A DNA stretch of 62,858 nucleotides, from positions 1-62,858 of the forward strand of contig CAYUVA010000022.1 in NCBI GenBank assembly GCA_964448115.1, read 5' to 3'. How positions within the stretch are numbered: the first letter of the stretch is position 1; the number at the start of each line of letters is the position of its first letter. Of the stretch, positions 29,579-40,229 are shown in pieces. This DNA is from an uncultured bacterium (GTDB lineage: Bacteria; CAYUVA01). The translations under genes were made by a program, and so were the position numbers. The notes beneath the pieces are model-generated. The model did no database searches and was not told the DNA's origin. It was given only the letters and a program-made list of their open reading frames with translations.

Positions 29579-30979
29579 TTGTTCAAGGGCGATAATGGGA
29601 GCTTTTTCGTGGGCATAATTGATCAGCTTAGAGCCAAGCCTCAATTCATCCCTATTTCCGGCTTCGCAGTTGTTATAATCATCGGTACCGTGCTTCTTAG
29701 TCTTCCTTTTTCAGATGCCACTGGAAAGGTAGGCTTGCTGGAGGCTCTATTCACCGCCACTTCAGCGGTTTGCGTTACCGGTCTGATCGTGGTCGATACT
29801 GGTGTGGATTTCACGCCCCTGGGGCAAGTAATCATCCTTTTTCTCATTCAATTGGGTGGCTTGGGCATAATGACTTATGCAGGCTTTATCGGGGTCATCC
29901 TGGGACGCAAGGTACCCCTTAGGACAATGTCAATCCTGGCAGATACATTCATCTATGATAATCAAGGAAAGATCCTTCGGCGAATGCTCATCTTCATCAT
30001 CTCCATGACCCTGGCTATCGAGATGATGGGATGGATTCTATTGACCATCGGTTTTAGCAGGCAAGGCTACAGTTTGTCCCAAGGGGCATATCAAGGGTTG
30101 TTTCATAGCATATCTGCATTCTGTAATGCGGGATTCTCCACCTTCTCTGATAGCCTGATATCTTTTAGTAGCAACTGGTTTCTATTAGTCGTATTTTGTC
30201 TGCTCATATTCAGTGGCGGTATCGGCTTCATAGTTGTCTTCGACCTTGTCCGTTGGTTCTCGGCCAGACTAACCAAACCATCAAATCATTCAAAAAAGTT
30301 GCGTCTGCACAGTAGGTTGGTTCTTTTTTCCTCGATTTATCTTATTTTAATTGGTGGAGCCTTAATTACATTTATGGAAAGGCATTTTAGCGGCAAGGAA
30401 TCTACAGGCTCGGAGTTGATCCTTTCCGGTTTATTCCAGTCGGTCACTGCTAGAACTGCTGGCTTCAATAGCATCGATATCGGGGCAGTATCCCTGTCAA
30501 CATTATGGCTTCTTATAATCCTGATGTTCATCGGTGGTTCACCTGGTTCGACAGCAGGCGGGATCAAGGTAACAACAATGATTGCTGCCCTGGCGAAATT
30601 CAAAGCCACCTTGTTGGGGCATGAGGCGCTTTTTATTCGCAAAAGGAAGTTTTCCGATATGATAGCGGATAGAGCCTTGCTGGTCATTTTCCTCGCTGTC
30701 GTCTGGATAGGACTTTCTATGTTAATTCTCTTCATAGCCGAGCAGAACAATCCGAATACAGACCACTTTCATTGCATCATCTTCGAGGTCGTATCAGCCT
30801 TCGGTACCGTCGGGCTTTCTACAGGCATAACACCGCATTTGACGGCAACGAGCAAACTATGGATAATAATCACCATGTTCGTTGGCAGACTCGGCCCCTT
30901 GACTTTGGTGCTATGGTTTGTGGATAGCTCGGCAAGACCTTCTGTCAGCTATCCTGAGGAAGATATTATGATCGGTTGA
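29579..30979 (+). CDS. Trk/Ktr potassium uptake membrane subunit (KtrB/TrkH)
   Basis: Four P-loops: ATSAVCVTGL, SAFCNAGFS, TARTAGFN and SAFGTVGLSTG. Confidence 0.95.
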   Translation: MFKGDNGSFFVGIIDQLRAKPQFIPISGFAVVIIIGTVLLSLPFSDATGKVGLLEALFTATSAVCVTGLIVVDTGVDFTPLGQVIILFLIQLGGLGIMTYAGFIGVILGRKVPLRTMSILADTFIYDNQGKILRRMLIFIISMTLAIEMMGWILLTIGFSRQGYSLSQGAYQGLFHSISAFCNAGFSTFSDSLISFSSNWFLLVVFCLLIFSGGIGFIVVFDLVRWFSARLTKPSNHSKKLRLHSRLVLFSSIYLILIGGALITFMERHFSGKESTGSELILSGLFQSVTARTAGFNSIDIGAVSLSTLWLLIILMFIGGSPGSTAGGIKVTTMIAALAKFKATLLGHEALFIRKRKFSDMIADRALLVIFLAVVWIGLSMLILFIAEQNNPNTDHFHCIIFEVVSAFGTVGLSTGITPHLTATSKLWIIITMFVGRLGPLTLVLWFVDSSARPSVSYPEEDIMIG

Positions 30980-30985
30980 TAGTTT

Positions 30986-31651
30986 ATGAAAGCAAAGCAA
31001 AGGATTTGTATAATTGGTCTCGGGCAGTTCGGGGGGCGACTGGCAAACAAGCTCGCCGAGGCGGGGCATGAGATTATTGCTATAGATAGCCTACAGCAGA
31101 AGGTCAACGAGATAGCTAACCAGGTTACTCAGGCTGTGGTGGTCGATGTCAGAAACCGAAGCGCACTGGAAGCAGTTGTACCTTCAAGCGTTGACCTTGC
31201 TATCATTGCGTTGGGAGAAAATTTAGAGGCAAGCATCCTTAGCACTCTACACCTGAAACAGATGGGACTACCCAAGATTATAGTCAAAGCCTCCAGCGAA
31301 GATCACGCATCAATACTCAGAGCCATCGGTGCATCACAGGTCATCTTTCCAGAGAGAGATAGCGCAGATCACCTGGCTAGCAGGCTGATAAATCCCAATC
31401 TGGTCGATTACATACCGCTTGCCGAGGATTACATCATAAGCGAAGTAGCTACCCCTTCATCATTCGAGGGAAGCTCAATTCGGGAGCTGGAAATAAGAAA
31501 AAAGTACAATATCTTTGTCATCGCCATAAAACAGATGATCCCCGATGATTTTATCCTCATGCCGGATCCAGATTTTAGGCTAAAGTCAAGCGATGTGCTT
31601 ATTGTACTGGGGGCAGAAGAGGATATCACCAGGCTCGGCAAGCTGAAGTAA
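30986..31651 (+). CDS. Trk/Ktr RCK regulatory subunit (KtrA/TrkA)
   Basis: IIGLGQFG Rossmann motif, VIFPERD and an RCK_C domain. Confidence 0.93.
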   Translation: MKAKQRICIIGLGQFGGRLANKLAEAGHEIIAIDSLQQKVNEIANQVTQAVVVDVRNRSALEAVVPSSVDLAIIALGENLEASILSTLHLKQMGLPKIIVKASSEDHASILRAIGASQVIFPERDSADHLASRLINPNLVDYIPLAEDYIISEVATPSSFEGSSIRELEIRKKYNIFVIAIKQMIPDDFILMPDPDFRLKSSDVLIVLGAEEDITRLGKLK

Positions 31652-31786
31652 TAAGCTCCATCAGCCTGCAAATTGGCATTTTTAAGCGGATGTTTGCGAC
31701 AGTATTTTCATAATCCTATATAGTCAGAGCCACTTTACCCGAAGGGGCGAATACCTTTCATGCATTAAATTTCCATGCAATCCCCT

Positions 31787-32476
31787 TCAATTCTTAACGA
31801 ACAAGGCAGCATAGTGAAGGGCGGCAAAATAGGGCAATCGCGGAAGAGTCATGTACACTAACGGCTTCATGCACATCATGCTTGCTAGATCCCCTGGCTT
31901 TATATCGTTTACATGATCCCAGATACGCAGCGGAAACCTCAGAAATAAGAGCCTGGCTACCAAGCAGGTAAGCTGGTTGGGAACCAGGATCACGATCTTA
32001 CCCTTATTACGACAAACCCTGAGCATCTCCTTGCAGATCAGCTCCGGCTGATCGGCATGTTCCAGGACATCGGCGCAAACAACGCAATCAAAGGCATTAT
32101 CAGCAAATCCAAGCTGCCTTGCATCATGGAGGCTAACCTGGCTAGATTGGCCATTAGCCCCTGATGAAACGCGTGATAGGGTTCGCTTTAAGCGCAGCTC
32201 CGAGATGTCGATGCCATGAACCTTGCCACCATCCAAGGAAAGCTTCTGGGCGATAAATCCATCGCCGCAACCTATGTCGAGAATTTCCTTGTCCTTGATA
32301 TCACCGAGCAACGATATTACAGCCTTTAGCCTTGCATTGTTCAGCCACCGCACCGCTGGGTTTGAAGACTGGTAGTACTGGCTATGCGGGGTGAGGATGG
32401 CGTCGAGCTGGCTTCGAGCCAGGTTGTCGATGGGTGAATCTTTGTTAATCATTCGCAGGATCATTTTTGATTGCAA
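31787..32476 (-). CDS. Class I SAM-dependent methyltransferase
   Basis: ILDIGCGDG, GIDIS and FDCVVCADVLEH motifs. Confidence 0.88.
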   Translation of the reverse strand: MQSKMILRMINKDSPIDNLARSQLDAILTPHSQYYQSSNPAVRWLNNARLKAVISLLGDIKDKEILDIGCGDGFIAQKLSLDGGKVHGIDISELRLKRTLSRVSSGANGQSSQVSLHDARQLGFADNAFDCVVCADVLEHADQPELICKEMLRVCRNKGKIVILVPNQLTCLVARLLFLRFPLRIWDHVNDIKPGDLASMMCMKPLVYMTLPRLPYFAALHYAALFVKN

Positions 32477-33452
32477 TCATATTGGCATCATCGAAGATCG
32501 CCTTTCCCTCGACTGCGAGCAGATCGAGATGTCCGATGACCTCGCTTATGGCAAGGAATATCTCTGATGCAGGCAGGCTAGGGAACATTTTTACTGCCAG
32601 GTCATAGACCTTCCTTGGCTTTGCATTAAGCATGGAAAGGAGCTTTTTCTTTCTTCTTTGATGCAGTTTAAGAGCCTTTTTTATATGTTTTCGGTGATCA
32701 TCTATAAAGAGTCCGTGTCCCGGCAATATCAAGCCAAGCTCCATATCATATAATCGGTTGAGCGTCTCAAGGTAGGCGGGGAGGGACTTGAAGCGTTCAG
32801 TTCGCCTGCCATCGATAAGCTCGACGATCGGGTTCGGCGAGATATGCTTTATCAGGCTGTCTCCGCTGAAAAGCATGCCCGTCTGAGCTTGATAGAAGAC
32901 CGCATGCCCCCGCGAGTGTCCCGGCGCTGACATGGCAGTTAGCTCTATATCGCCTAGCTTGAATCGCTCTCCACCGTGGAACTGTTCATGCTCATCGATG
33001 GGGTCGAAGAAACGCTCGAAGTAGCGGTACAGCTTGGCTTGATGTTCAACCAGGTCATCGGGAATGCCGCAGTCGGCAAAGAATTGTCCATAGATATTTG
33101 ACTCGGCGATATCAGACATTCGCCTTACCACATTATCAATCTCCAGGACAGGGGTTCTGATCAGGCAGCCGGATTCGCTTCTTATGCGCATGGCGAGACC
33201 GAAGTGATCCACATGACCGTGGGTTATGAGCACCTGTTGTATATCGCTGACAGCATATCCTAGTTGTCCTAGTAGTCTAACCAGCGCTCCCCACGCCTGG
33301 TCACTTTTAGGCCCGGTATCTAGCAATGTCAGCGGCTCACCGGCAAACAGGTAAACATTCACCGTTCCGACCAAGAAAGGAGTGGGCAACTCCAGCAGAT
33401 ATATCCCCTTGCTAACCCCGAAGAGGTTATTATCGAACCATGACTTCATCAT
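32445..33452 (-). CDS. MBL-fold metallo-hydrolase with a C-terminal wHTH-like domain
   Basis: LLDTG, THGHVDH, PGHS.GH, FSGD and LPGHG motifs. Confidence 0.9.
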   Translation of the reverse strand: MMKSWFDNNLFGVSKGIYLLELPTPFLVGTVNVYLFAGEPLTLLDTGPKSDQAWGALVRLLGQLGYAVSDIQQVLITHGHVDHFGLAMRIRSESGCLIRTPVLEIDNVVRRMSDIAESNIYGQFFADCGIPDDLVEHQAKLYRYFERFFDPIDEHEQFHGGERFKLGDIELTAMSAPGHSRGHAVFYQAQTGMLFSGDSLIKHISPNPIVELIDGRRTERFKSLPAYLETLNRLYDMELGLILPGHGLFIDDHRKHIKKALKLHQRRKKKLLSMLNAKPRKVYDLAVKMFPSLPASEIFLAISEVIGHLDLLAVEGKAIFDDANMIAIKNDPAND

Positions 33453-33561
33453 AAGAGCATCGAAAACATTTAGTCTAACCAGGAAAGTAATATTGCCTTA
33501 TCGGTGCTTTTGTCAACCAGGGGTGGAATTAGTGGGCTGTTTAAGCTATAAGTATTCGACC

Positions 33562-34482
33562 ATGACTTGGTTGGTACTCACAGGTACGTTGGGTGTTTTA
33601 ACCGGTTTAGTTGCCTATTATTCCTTGAAGGTGGAGCCTTTCAGGCTTAAGGTGCTCAAGGGCGTCTTGCTGCATCCCGATCTTCCCAAAGAGTGGGATG
33701 GGCTAAAGGTTCTGCATGTAAGCGACCTGCATTTTTTGCGCCCGGATCCACCTATTTTGAGCCAATTAATCAATGTGCTCGACCAGGAATTCGATCTTGT
33801 CTTCATGACTGGGGACTATATCGAGAAGGATAGCGGTATCGAGGCGGTCATAGGGCTTATCAATGCTATTCGGAGCAGATACGGCATCTTCGCGGTGCCC
33901 GGCAACCATGACTATCATCGCTATAACTACTGGTCTCTCATCGCCTCGCAGTGCATCACTCCATGGCTCAACAAGGCGAGGCATCTGTTCGATCGCATGA
34001 GTGCAAGCGGTGTAAACCTGCTGGTCAACAGCTCGGTGAATGTCGGGATAATGGGGCGTTCGCTGCGGATAATCGGGGTCGATGACCCGGTTACATATCG
34101 GGATAACATCAAGCGTGCCCTCAAGGGGAGCAAGCCAGCCGACTTCAATGTGCTTCTGTCCCATTTGCCCGACATTATCGAGAAGATTGATAACCAGACC
34201 GCGCAGCTAGTCTTTTCTGCACACACTCACGGCGGGCAGATAAGATTGCCCGTAATAGGGGAGCTTGCCACCCACTCACGGCTGCGCAGGGGATATTCCA
34301 CCGGCTTGATGCAAGCCAAGAACACGGTCATACATGTATCCAGGGGCATCGGCGTCAGCGGTATCCTCCCGGTTAGGCTGCTTAGCCCGCCGGAGATCGG
34401 GATATTCACCCTGAAAAGGGGAAAGGGATACTACCGGCTCGCAAAGGCGAAGCGATTCTATAAGACAAGGAACTTTTATTAA
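33562..34482 (+). CDS. Membrane-anchored metallophosphoesterase (YkuE/YaeI-like)
   Basis: SDLH, TGDY, GNHD, LSH and AHTHGGQ motifs. Start moved to ATG 33562, before the TM helix. Confidence 0.88.
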   Translation: MTWLVLTGTLGVLTGLVAYYSLKVEPFRLKVLKGVLLHPDLPKEWDGLKVLHVSDLHFLRPDPPILSQLINVLDQEFDLVFMTGDYIEKDSGIEAVIGLINAIRSRYGIFAVPGNHDYHRYNYWSLIASQCITPWLNKARHLFDRMSASGVNLLVNSSVNVGIMGRSLRIIGVDDPVTYRDNIKRALKGSKPADFNVLLSHLPDIIEKIDNQTAQLVFSAHTHGGQIRLPVIGELATHSRLRRGYSTGLMQAKNTVIHVSRGIGVSGILPVRLLSPPEIGIFTLKRGKGYYRLAKAKRFYKTRNFY

Positions 34483-34496
34483 ACAAGAGGTACCGA

Positions 34497-36188
34497 GTGA
34501 GCTTCTATCTTCAGTTTCTCGATCTCTACCGGCGGATGTTGGTAAACATGCTGCGTAACCTTGACCGCAAGGGAAGGCTGCGCCTAGTTGCTCTTTTACT
34601 TCTGGGTGTCGGTTTCATCGCCTTTGACTTCGGCATATTCTACAAGCTGATATCGTATATAATGCAGCGCGAGGAACTCGGTCCTCTGCGCATCGTCCTT
34701 TTGACCCGCCTGTTGAGCCTGGTGTTCATCATCTTCATGGTCATGCTCATCTACTCGAACATCATAACCGCCATCGGCTCCATGTTCTTGGGGTATGATA
34801 TCGAGTACCTCCTTGCCCGCCCGGTGAGCCATCGCGCCATCTTCATCCAGAAGTCGCTGGAGGCTTCGATGTCCAGCTCGTGGATGCTAATTGCCTTTGG
34901 CATTCCCATCTTTGCTGCCTACGGCTTGGTGCTCAAAGCGCCCTGGTATTACCATCTCTTGCTGCTTGTGCCCACTATTGCGGTTATAGTTATCTGTGGT
35001 GCGGTCGGTACCAGCCTGGCAGTGGTCTTGATGCGCTATTTCCCCCCGCGGCGCACCCAGCAGCTTTTGGCGGTTCTGGGACTGTTCCTAGCGGTCATCA
35101 TCGTGGTTCTATTCGTATTCCTGCGCCCCGAGGATATCGTGAACCCGGTCGGGATGGAGGTGCTCGCCAGCTACCTTGAGCGGATGCGCGTACCCACGAA
35201 TCCCTACTATCCGAGCACCTGGGCGACCGAGAGCCTGATGGGCATAATCGATGGCTCAGCCACGGCTTTTACCATGAATACCGCCTATTTGCTATTGTTT
35301 GCCGGCTTATGCTTATTCGCATACCTGGAGATTGGCGGCAGGCTATATTACAAGAGCTATAGCCGTTCCGCATCGGGTGGTATCGGCACCAGAAGGAGAC
35401 GCTCGATCTATGTCCCGGTAGTAAGCGCGGGATTAAGGCGTTGGCTGCATCCATCGACCAGGCAGTTGCTGGCAAAGGATGGGTTATACTTCGTGCGCGA
35501 GCCGGGGCAGTGGTCGCAGATTTTTATCCTTCTGGCACTTGTGATCATCACCGTGTATAACTTCTACAAGCTCCCCTTCAAGCTGCTGATGTATCCATAT
35601 ACAATGTCCTTTGCAGCGCTCGGATTGACTGGCTTCATTCTGTCAGCGGTTGCAACTCGCTTCGCTTACCCGGCGGTGAGCCTTGAGGGGGGAGCGTTCT
35701 GGCTACTAAAATCGAGTCCCTTGCGCTTCAGGCGATATTTCATGGTAAAGTTCATCATCATAAGTGCGTTGATGGTCATCTTCGGCGAGATGATTATCCT
35801 GTTCAGCAACCTGGCGCTGGAGGTGGAAGCCAAGATGATATTCGCCTCCTGCGGGGCTATCTTCTTCATGTCGCTTGCCATAACAGGATTGGCTCTAGGC
35901 TTGGGGGCACGGTATCCGGTTTTTCATTTGCGCGATCCGGCAGCGATAGTTACCGGTCCCGGCGGGCTTATCTACATGATAATCGTGGTTATCTATATAC
36001 TAGGGATGGTCGGACTGATGGCATTGCCCGGGATCATCAGGTTTTTCCCTCATTTTTATCGCTACCGCCGGCACTGGGGGGACTGGGACTTCGTTGTCAT
36101 CTATGGTCTTGCGGTCCTGATCAGCCTATTTCTTGCCATCTATCCATTGAAAAAGGGGATCAAAGACCTAGAGAGAATAGAGATATAG
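34497..36188 (+). CDS. Putative ABC-2-type transporter permease subunit (two-repeat)
   Basis: About 14 TM, with DIEYLLARPV, KD..YFVR...QWSQ and RFAYPAVSLEGGAFWLLKSSP motifs. Confidence 0.75.
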   Translation: MSFYLQFLDLYRRMLVNMLRNLDRKGRLRLVALLLLGVGFIAFDFGIFYKLISYIMQREELGPLRIVLLTRLLSLVFIIFMVMLIYSNIITAIGSMFLGYDIEYLLARPVSHRAIFIQKSLEASMSSSWMLIAFGIPIFAAYGLVLKAPWYYHLLLLVPTIAVIVICGAVGTSLAVVLMRYFPPRRTQQLLAVLGLFLAVIIVVLFVFLRPEDIVNPVGMEVLASYLERMRVPTNPYYPSTWATESLMGIIDGSATAFTMNTAYLLLFAGLCLFAYLEIGGRLYYKSYSRSASGGIGTRRRRSIYVPVVSAGLRRWLHPSTRQLLAKDGLYFVREPGQWSQIFILLALVIITVYNFYKLPFKLLMYPYTMSFAALGLTGFILSAVATRFAYPAVSLEGGAFWLLKSSPLRFRRYFMVKFIIISALMVIFGEMIILFSNLALEVEAKMIFASCGAIFFMSLAITGLALGLGARYPVFHLRDPAAIVTGPGGLIYMIIVVIYILGMVGLMALPGIIRFFPHFYRYRRHWGDWDFVVIYGLAVLISLFLAIYPLKKGIKDLERIEI

Positions 36189-36239
36189 GCATCGGCGGGC
36201 ACCAATGGACATCAAAGGTCTAATCGTGTAGTCTTTAAC

Positions 36240-39200
36240 ATGTTGAAATTCCCTCTCCGAAGGAGCAATCAGACCATGATCTATAAAACAGCAGGTGGCT
36301 TCAATTTATTAAGATTATCTTTATTGCTAGTAATTCTTATCAGCTCCCTTGCCTATGGGATTACGGTCGGTGGTTACTGGGACACCAATATTGACAGCTT
36401 GGGCGGGAAGCTGAGCATCTTGTGCCTGGCAGATGAGGACTATAACAGGGTGGAGATACTCTACCAGGGCATACCGACCGGCGTCGAGCTTCCCCTGGCT
36501 GGCAGCGAAGGAGGCTTCAATACCTTTTTCTTCTCAGCTCCCATCGGCTCTCAACCGGAACCAGCGCTTTACCTGCTTGAGCTTCGTGCTTATGGCGAAG
36601 ATGGACTGATGAGCAGCACCTGGCCATACCTTAGCGCCAATACTGGAACTGGATACGCCATCTTTTATCATCAGGACGACTATGAGGCAGTGGCGCACAT
36701 CGCTGGCAGACTGGCAGAATACATAACGCAGATGTCCGGCGCTGAGGTCGAGCTTATAACCTTATCTAGCCTCTCCGATGAAAGCAGGCTGTGGAACTCG
36801 TTCGACAAGGCTGGCTTCGTGCTCAATCCTCAGGTGCTCTCCCCGCAGCTCTTCGGCGACTTCGTATCCGACCCGATGGACGAGGAGAGCTACAAGGTGG
36901 AATCGCTGCAACAAGGCTCCAGGCTGCTTTATCTCGTCGCTGGCGAGGGGAAACTGGGCATACAGTACGGTGTCTATGACTTCTTGCATGAGCTTGGTGT
37001 TCGCTTTTTCCACCCGGAGCAGGAATGGATACCGGATACGCTTGAGTTGCCACATCCGTTTAACATGGAGTCTCAACCCGCCTTCAAGTATCGCGGTTTC
37101 GGCATTCACACCACGCATCCGCTGGATATCATCGACCCCTTGAGCGATTCCAACATCTCGTTTTGCTACGCAGCTAACATAAACGACTGGCTGGTCAAGC
37201 TACATACCAATCAGGACGGTAAGGGAGCGGTGCGAGGGGTAGCGCCGGAACATCGCTACCAGCAGAGAGCACAACAGCTCAACGAGTACAACAGGATGCT
37301 TGGCTTCAGGCACGGAGCAGGCATCTCGCTGCATGGTTCACAGCAAGGAGGGAGACCTGATGTCGATTGGAACTCCGAGGTGCCACCGGAAGATCAAATC
37401 CGAGACCATATCGACAGAGACCTGGGCAATAATCCAGATAATGAGTGGTTCTGTATCAGCTATGGATACACGGAATATACGGCTGCCCCCTGCGATGAAA
37501 CGCTCTATTATATCCAGTTCGCAGGGCAGTATGTGCTCGACAACTACCCGCATGTGCTCCCCATAGTAAACAGCCATATAACCGGCGATCAGCCCTGCGC
37601 GGACTACAACCAGACCGATTTTTACGACCTGGGCATCTACACAGATCCCGATATAGGCATAAAGTGGCACACGGTAATGTTCTACGACCTGTTCGGTCCC
37701 GCTCCCTGCTATCGCCAGAGCACCTTCAACCATAAGTGGCGGTATATGCAGCAGGAGGCGCAAAGAGGGAGAAAGCAGATCTACTTTCCAGAGGGTGGCT
37801 ATTGGCTTTCATTCGATAATGCGATTCCGATGTTCTACCCGGTCTATCTATACACACGCTGGCTTGATATCCAGGCGGTCAAGGAGCTGATCCCGCGGGG
37901 GATGATAGGACACCGCCAGTTCACCACCGGCTGGGAGTGGGGCTACTGGATGCACGATTACATGGTAGGACAGTTGCACTGGAACCCGGATCTCAATTGG
38001 ACCGATGTGGTCGCCGACTGGACTATCGACATCATGGGCGATGCAGGAACAACCGTGCACCGCGTGCTGTGCAATATGGCTCGATATCAGTACCACACGC
38101 TAATTACGAAGCAGTTGACAAAGTACTTATCCGGCGAGGATGAGATCGATGAGATCGGTGCTGAGCTGGGCTTCCAGGCTCAGGAATTGCGTCCCTATTT
38201 CACCGAGATATATGCTTACAATAAACAGCAACTCTACGAATTCGTCGATGGAGACTTGAACCAGGTGTGGCTGATGTGCCAGCAGTATGGGAGATACCTG
38301 GCAGAGCTGGATGCGGTAGCAGATCAAGTGCCAGACAAGGCAGTTCCCTGGTTCCGGGAGATCTACGATGGAACGCAGATAAACTGGCTGCGATGCCGGC
38401 ATATATACCATCTCTACCAGGCAGTGGTGAAATACAGGCTCGATGAGCTGGATCCGATAGCCGAGGCGAGAGATTACATGGCAGACTACAACATGGCAGT
38501 CGCCATCACCGATGATGCATTGCAGGTCATCCATGGCCGTGAGCTGGACTATCGCTATCCGCTTGAGTGGAGCATAGGCGGCGGCTTGACCCCGGAGACC
38601 GAAGAGGAGAACGGCACCGTCTATAAATACCGGTATCTGCACAAGACGCACATCGGGCACTACTGGACGAGGCGCAATCACCTGGCTTACGAGGTGATAA
38701 CCGGGCAGGCAGATCCCTTTGCAGACAAGTTCTACCTCTATCCAGCAATCGCCTACGAGAGTGAGCCGCTCTATGTTCATTTCCCTGAATTCACTGGCTT
38801 GGAGGCTGACCTGAACTTCGGAGACGGCAGCACGGGAGATGAAACAACTCAAAGCCATGTTTATTCGGGCAAGGGCTTCTGGAAGGCGATCAGCAAGCTC
38901 ACATTGCCCGGCTTGCCCGAGCCGGAGCAAAGATACGAGGCATACATAGGCAGGGTTGGCATCCAAGCCTACGCCCCCAAGGGGAGCCTTAGCATCATCG
39001 ATCCAGAGATACCGATACTAGATATGATTATAAAAAGCGTTATCCCCGGAATGCACCTTGGGCTGGCTTTGGAGACCAAGAGCGAGATCCCGTTTTTTAT
39101 CATCGGGCTGGATCACAACCAGGATCGCTGCGCCGAGGACTTCACCACCACGCCGATGTTAGTAAAGCCTGAGTCGCTTCCTGGCTTTGAGACCGAGCCT

Positions 39201-39503
39201 ACCGATATGAACCTCACCTTCCAGTATGGCATCTCCGATACCTTCATCAACCTTTCCGGAAAGGAGTGGGTCTTTGCTGGCAGCATCACGGAAGGCGCGG
39301 TTGATACACCGGTAAATCTGCATGGTGGCTTGACCATCGAGAGTATCATCCTGGCGCTTATACAGGTCGGTGGAATGGACTACGAGGGGGCGCGGATACT
39401 TATCGCCAACCTTTTAGGCTACGAGCCTGAACAACTGCCGGATATTCTTTGGTTCACCGCATTACTGGAGGTTGAGGAACATTGTTTTACTCTACAGAAT
39501 TGA
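36240..39503 (+). CDS. Large secreted glycosidase-like protein: signal peptide, WPYL domain, GH67/GH20-N-like domain, putative TIM barrel, PKD-like domain
   Basis: Signal peptide ending SLAYG, then 'GEGKLGIQYGVYDFLHELGVRFFHP', 'PAFKYRG' and 'NFGDGST......HVY..KG' (PKD). Start may be ATG 36276. Confidence 0.7.
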   Translation: MLKFPLRRSNQTMIYKTAGGFNLLRLSLLLVILISSLAYGITVGGYWDTNIDSLGGKLSILCLADEDYNRVEILYQGIPTGVELPLAGSEGGFNTFFFSAPIGSQPEPALYLLELRAYGEDGLMSSTWPYLSANTGTGYAIFYHQDDYEAVAHIAGRLAEYITQMSGAEVELITLSSLSDESRLWNSFDKAGFVLNPQVLSPQLFGDFVSDPMDEESYKVESLQQGSRLLYLVAGEGKLGIQYGVYDFLHELGVRFFHPEQEWIPDTLELPHPFNMESQPAFKYRGFGIHTTHPLDIIDPLSDSNISFCYAANINDWLVKLHTNQDGKGAVRGVAPEHRYQQRAQQLNEYNRMLGFRHGAGISLHGSQQGGRPDVDWNSEVPPEDQIRDHIDRDLGNNPDNEWFCISYGYTEYTAAPCDETLYYIQFAGQYVLDNYPHVLPIVNSHITGDQPCADYNQTDFYDLGIYTDPDIGIKWHTVMFYDLFGPAPCYRQSTFNHKWRYMQQEAQRGRKQIYFPEGGYWLSFDNAIPMFYPVYLYTRWLDIQAVKELIPRGMIGHRQFTTGWEWGYWMHDYMVGQLHWNPDLNWTDVVADWTIDIMGDAGTTVHRVLCNMARYQYHTLITKQLTKYLSGEDEIDEIGAELGFQAQELRPYFTEIYAYNKQQLYEFVDGDLNQVWLMCQQYGRYLAELDAVADQVPDKAVPWFREIYDGTQINWLRCRHIYHLYQAVVKYRLDELDPIAEARDYMADYNMAVAITDDALQVIHGRELDYRYPLEWSIGGGLTPETEEENGTVYKYRYLHKTHIGHYWTRRNHLAYEVITGQADPFADKFYLYPAIAYESEPLYVHFPEFTGLEADLNFGDGSTGDETTQSHVYSGKGFWKAISKLTLPGLPEPEQRYEAYIGRVGIQAYAPKGSLSIIDPEIPILDMIIKSVIPGMHLGLALETKSEIPFFIIGLDHNQDRCAEDFTTTPMLVKPESLPGFETEPTDMNLTFQYGISDTFINLSGKEWVFAGSITEGAVDTPVNLHGGLTIESIILALIQVGGMDYEGARILIANLLGYEPEQLPDILWFTALLEVEEHCFTLQN

Positions 39504-39579
39504 GTTTAGAGTTAACGGGATTGCCAGATAATATATATGATAATACAAAAGGATATTATATATATTAATAAGGTAAAAA

Positions 39580-40011
39580 ATGCTCCGAAGAATTATTAAA
39601 AAACTATATTGTCGAGAGAAAAACCGTAAAAAGTTAATAGATACGGAATCTCAGTCAGCCCTGAACAAAATCTGGGCAACTGGAATGCAGGAAGAAATGC
39701 AGTTCTGGTACAACTGGTTCAAAGAAAAAGGGGGACAATGGAAAGTATCATATCTGAAAAGGTTAAATCCAGATGCTATTGTTGAGGGTCAACTAGCTAA
39801 CTATGTAAGACTAGCCCAAAATGAGGCGGAAAAAGAAGATTATCAAGGAACTCATCAATGGAACTTCTGTATTGATAACAATGAGTATATTATTTGGAAT
39901 AGATATATTCGAATTTCTATCGATGAGTTCTTCTCAAAAAAAGCAGCTACCGTTTATCTAGGTATGGATAATCAATATGAGGAGATCGTTGTGTTGCAAA
40001 AAATCGGATAG
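39580..40011 (+). pseudogene. AT-rich ORF resembling a methyltransferase with its core deleted
   Basis: N-part W..G...E..FW..W....GG.W...Y..RL.P joins directly to NEAEKEDYQGTHQWNF...IIWN. No SAM-binding motif I is present. Confidence 0.45.
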
Positions 40012-40069
40012 GGATTGTAGGGGTGGAGGTGATTTGAGGAAAACTAGATTAAAAATAATGCAATTAATA

Positions 40070-40099
40070 TTGACATCACTGCGATTGTCAGGTTAATAT
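40070..40099 (+). promoter_or_regulatory. Candidate promoter of the FadL-like gene with an overlapping TGACA-N10-TGTCA inverted repeat
   Basis: TTGACA at 40070, TAATAT at 40094 and inverted repeat at 40071-40090. Confidence 0.45.
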
Positions 40100-40229
40100 T
40101 TGTTCGATCATAAAGAAATCGTTAGCTGGTTGGCTAATGTGCTTCAGGCATTGATGGTCGCCAGGACGATTTGAGCTTGTTTGATTAGCATGATGAAGCT
40201 AACAAAACAACCAATATAGAGGAGGTATC

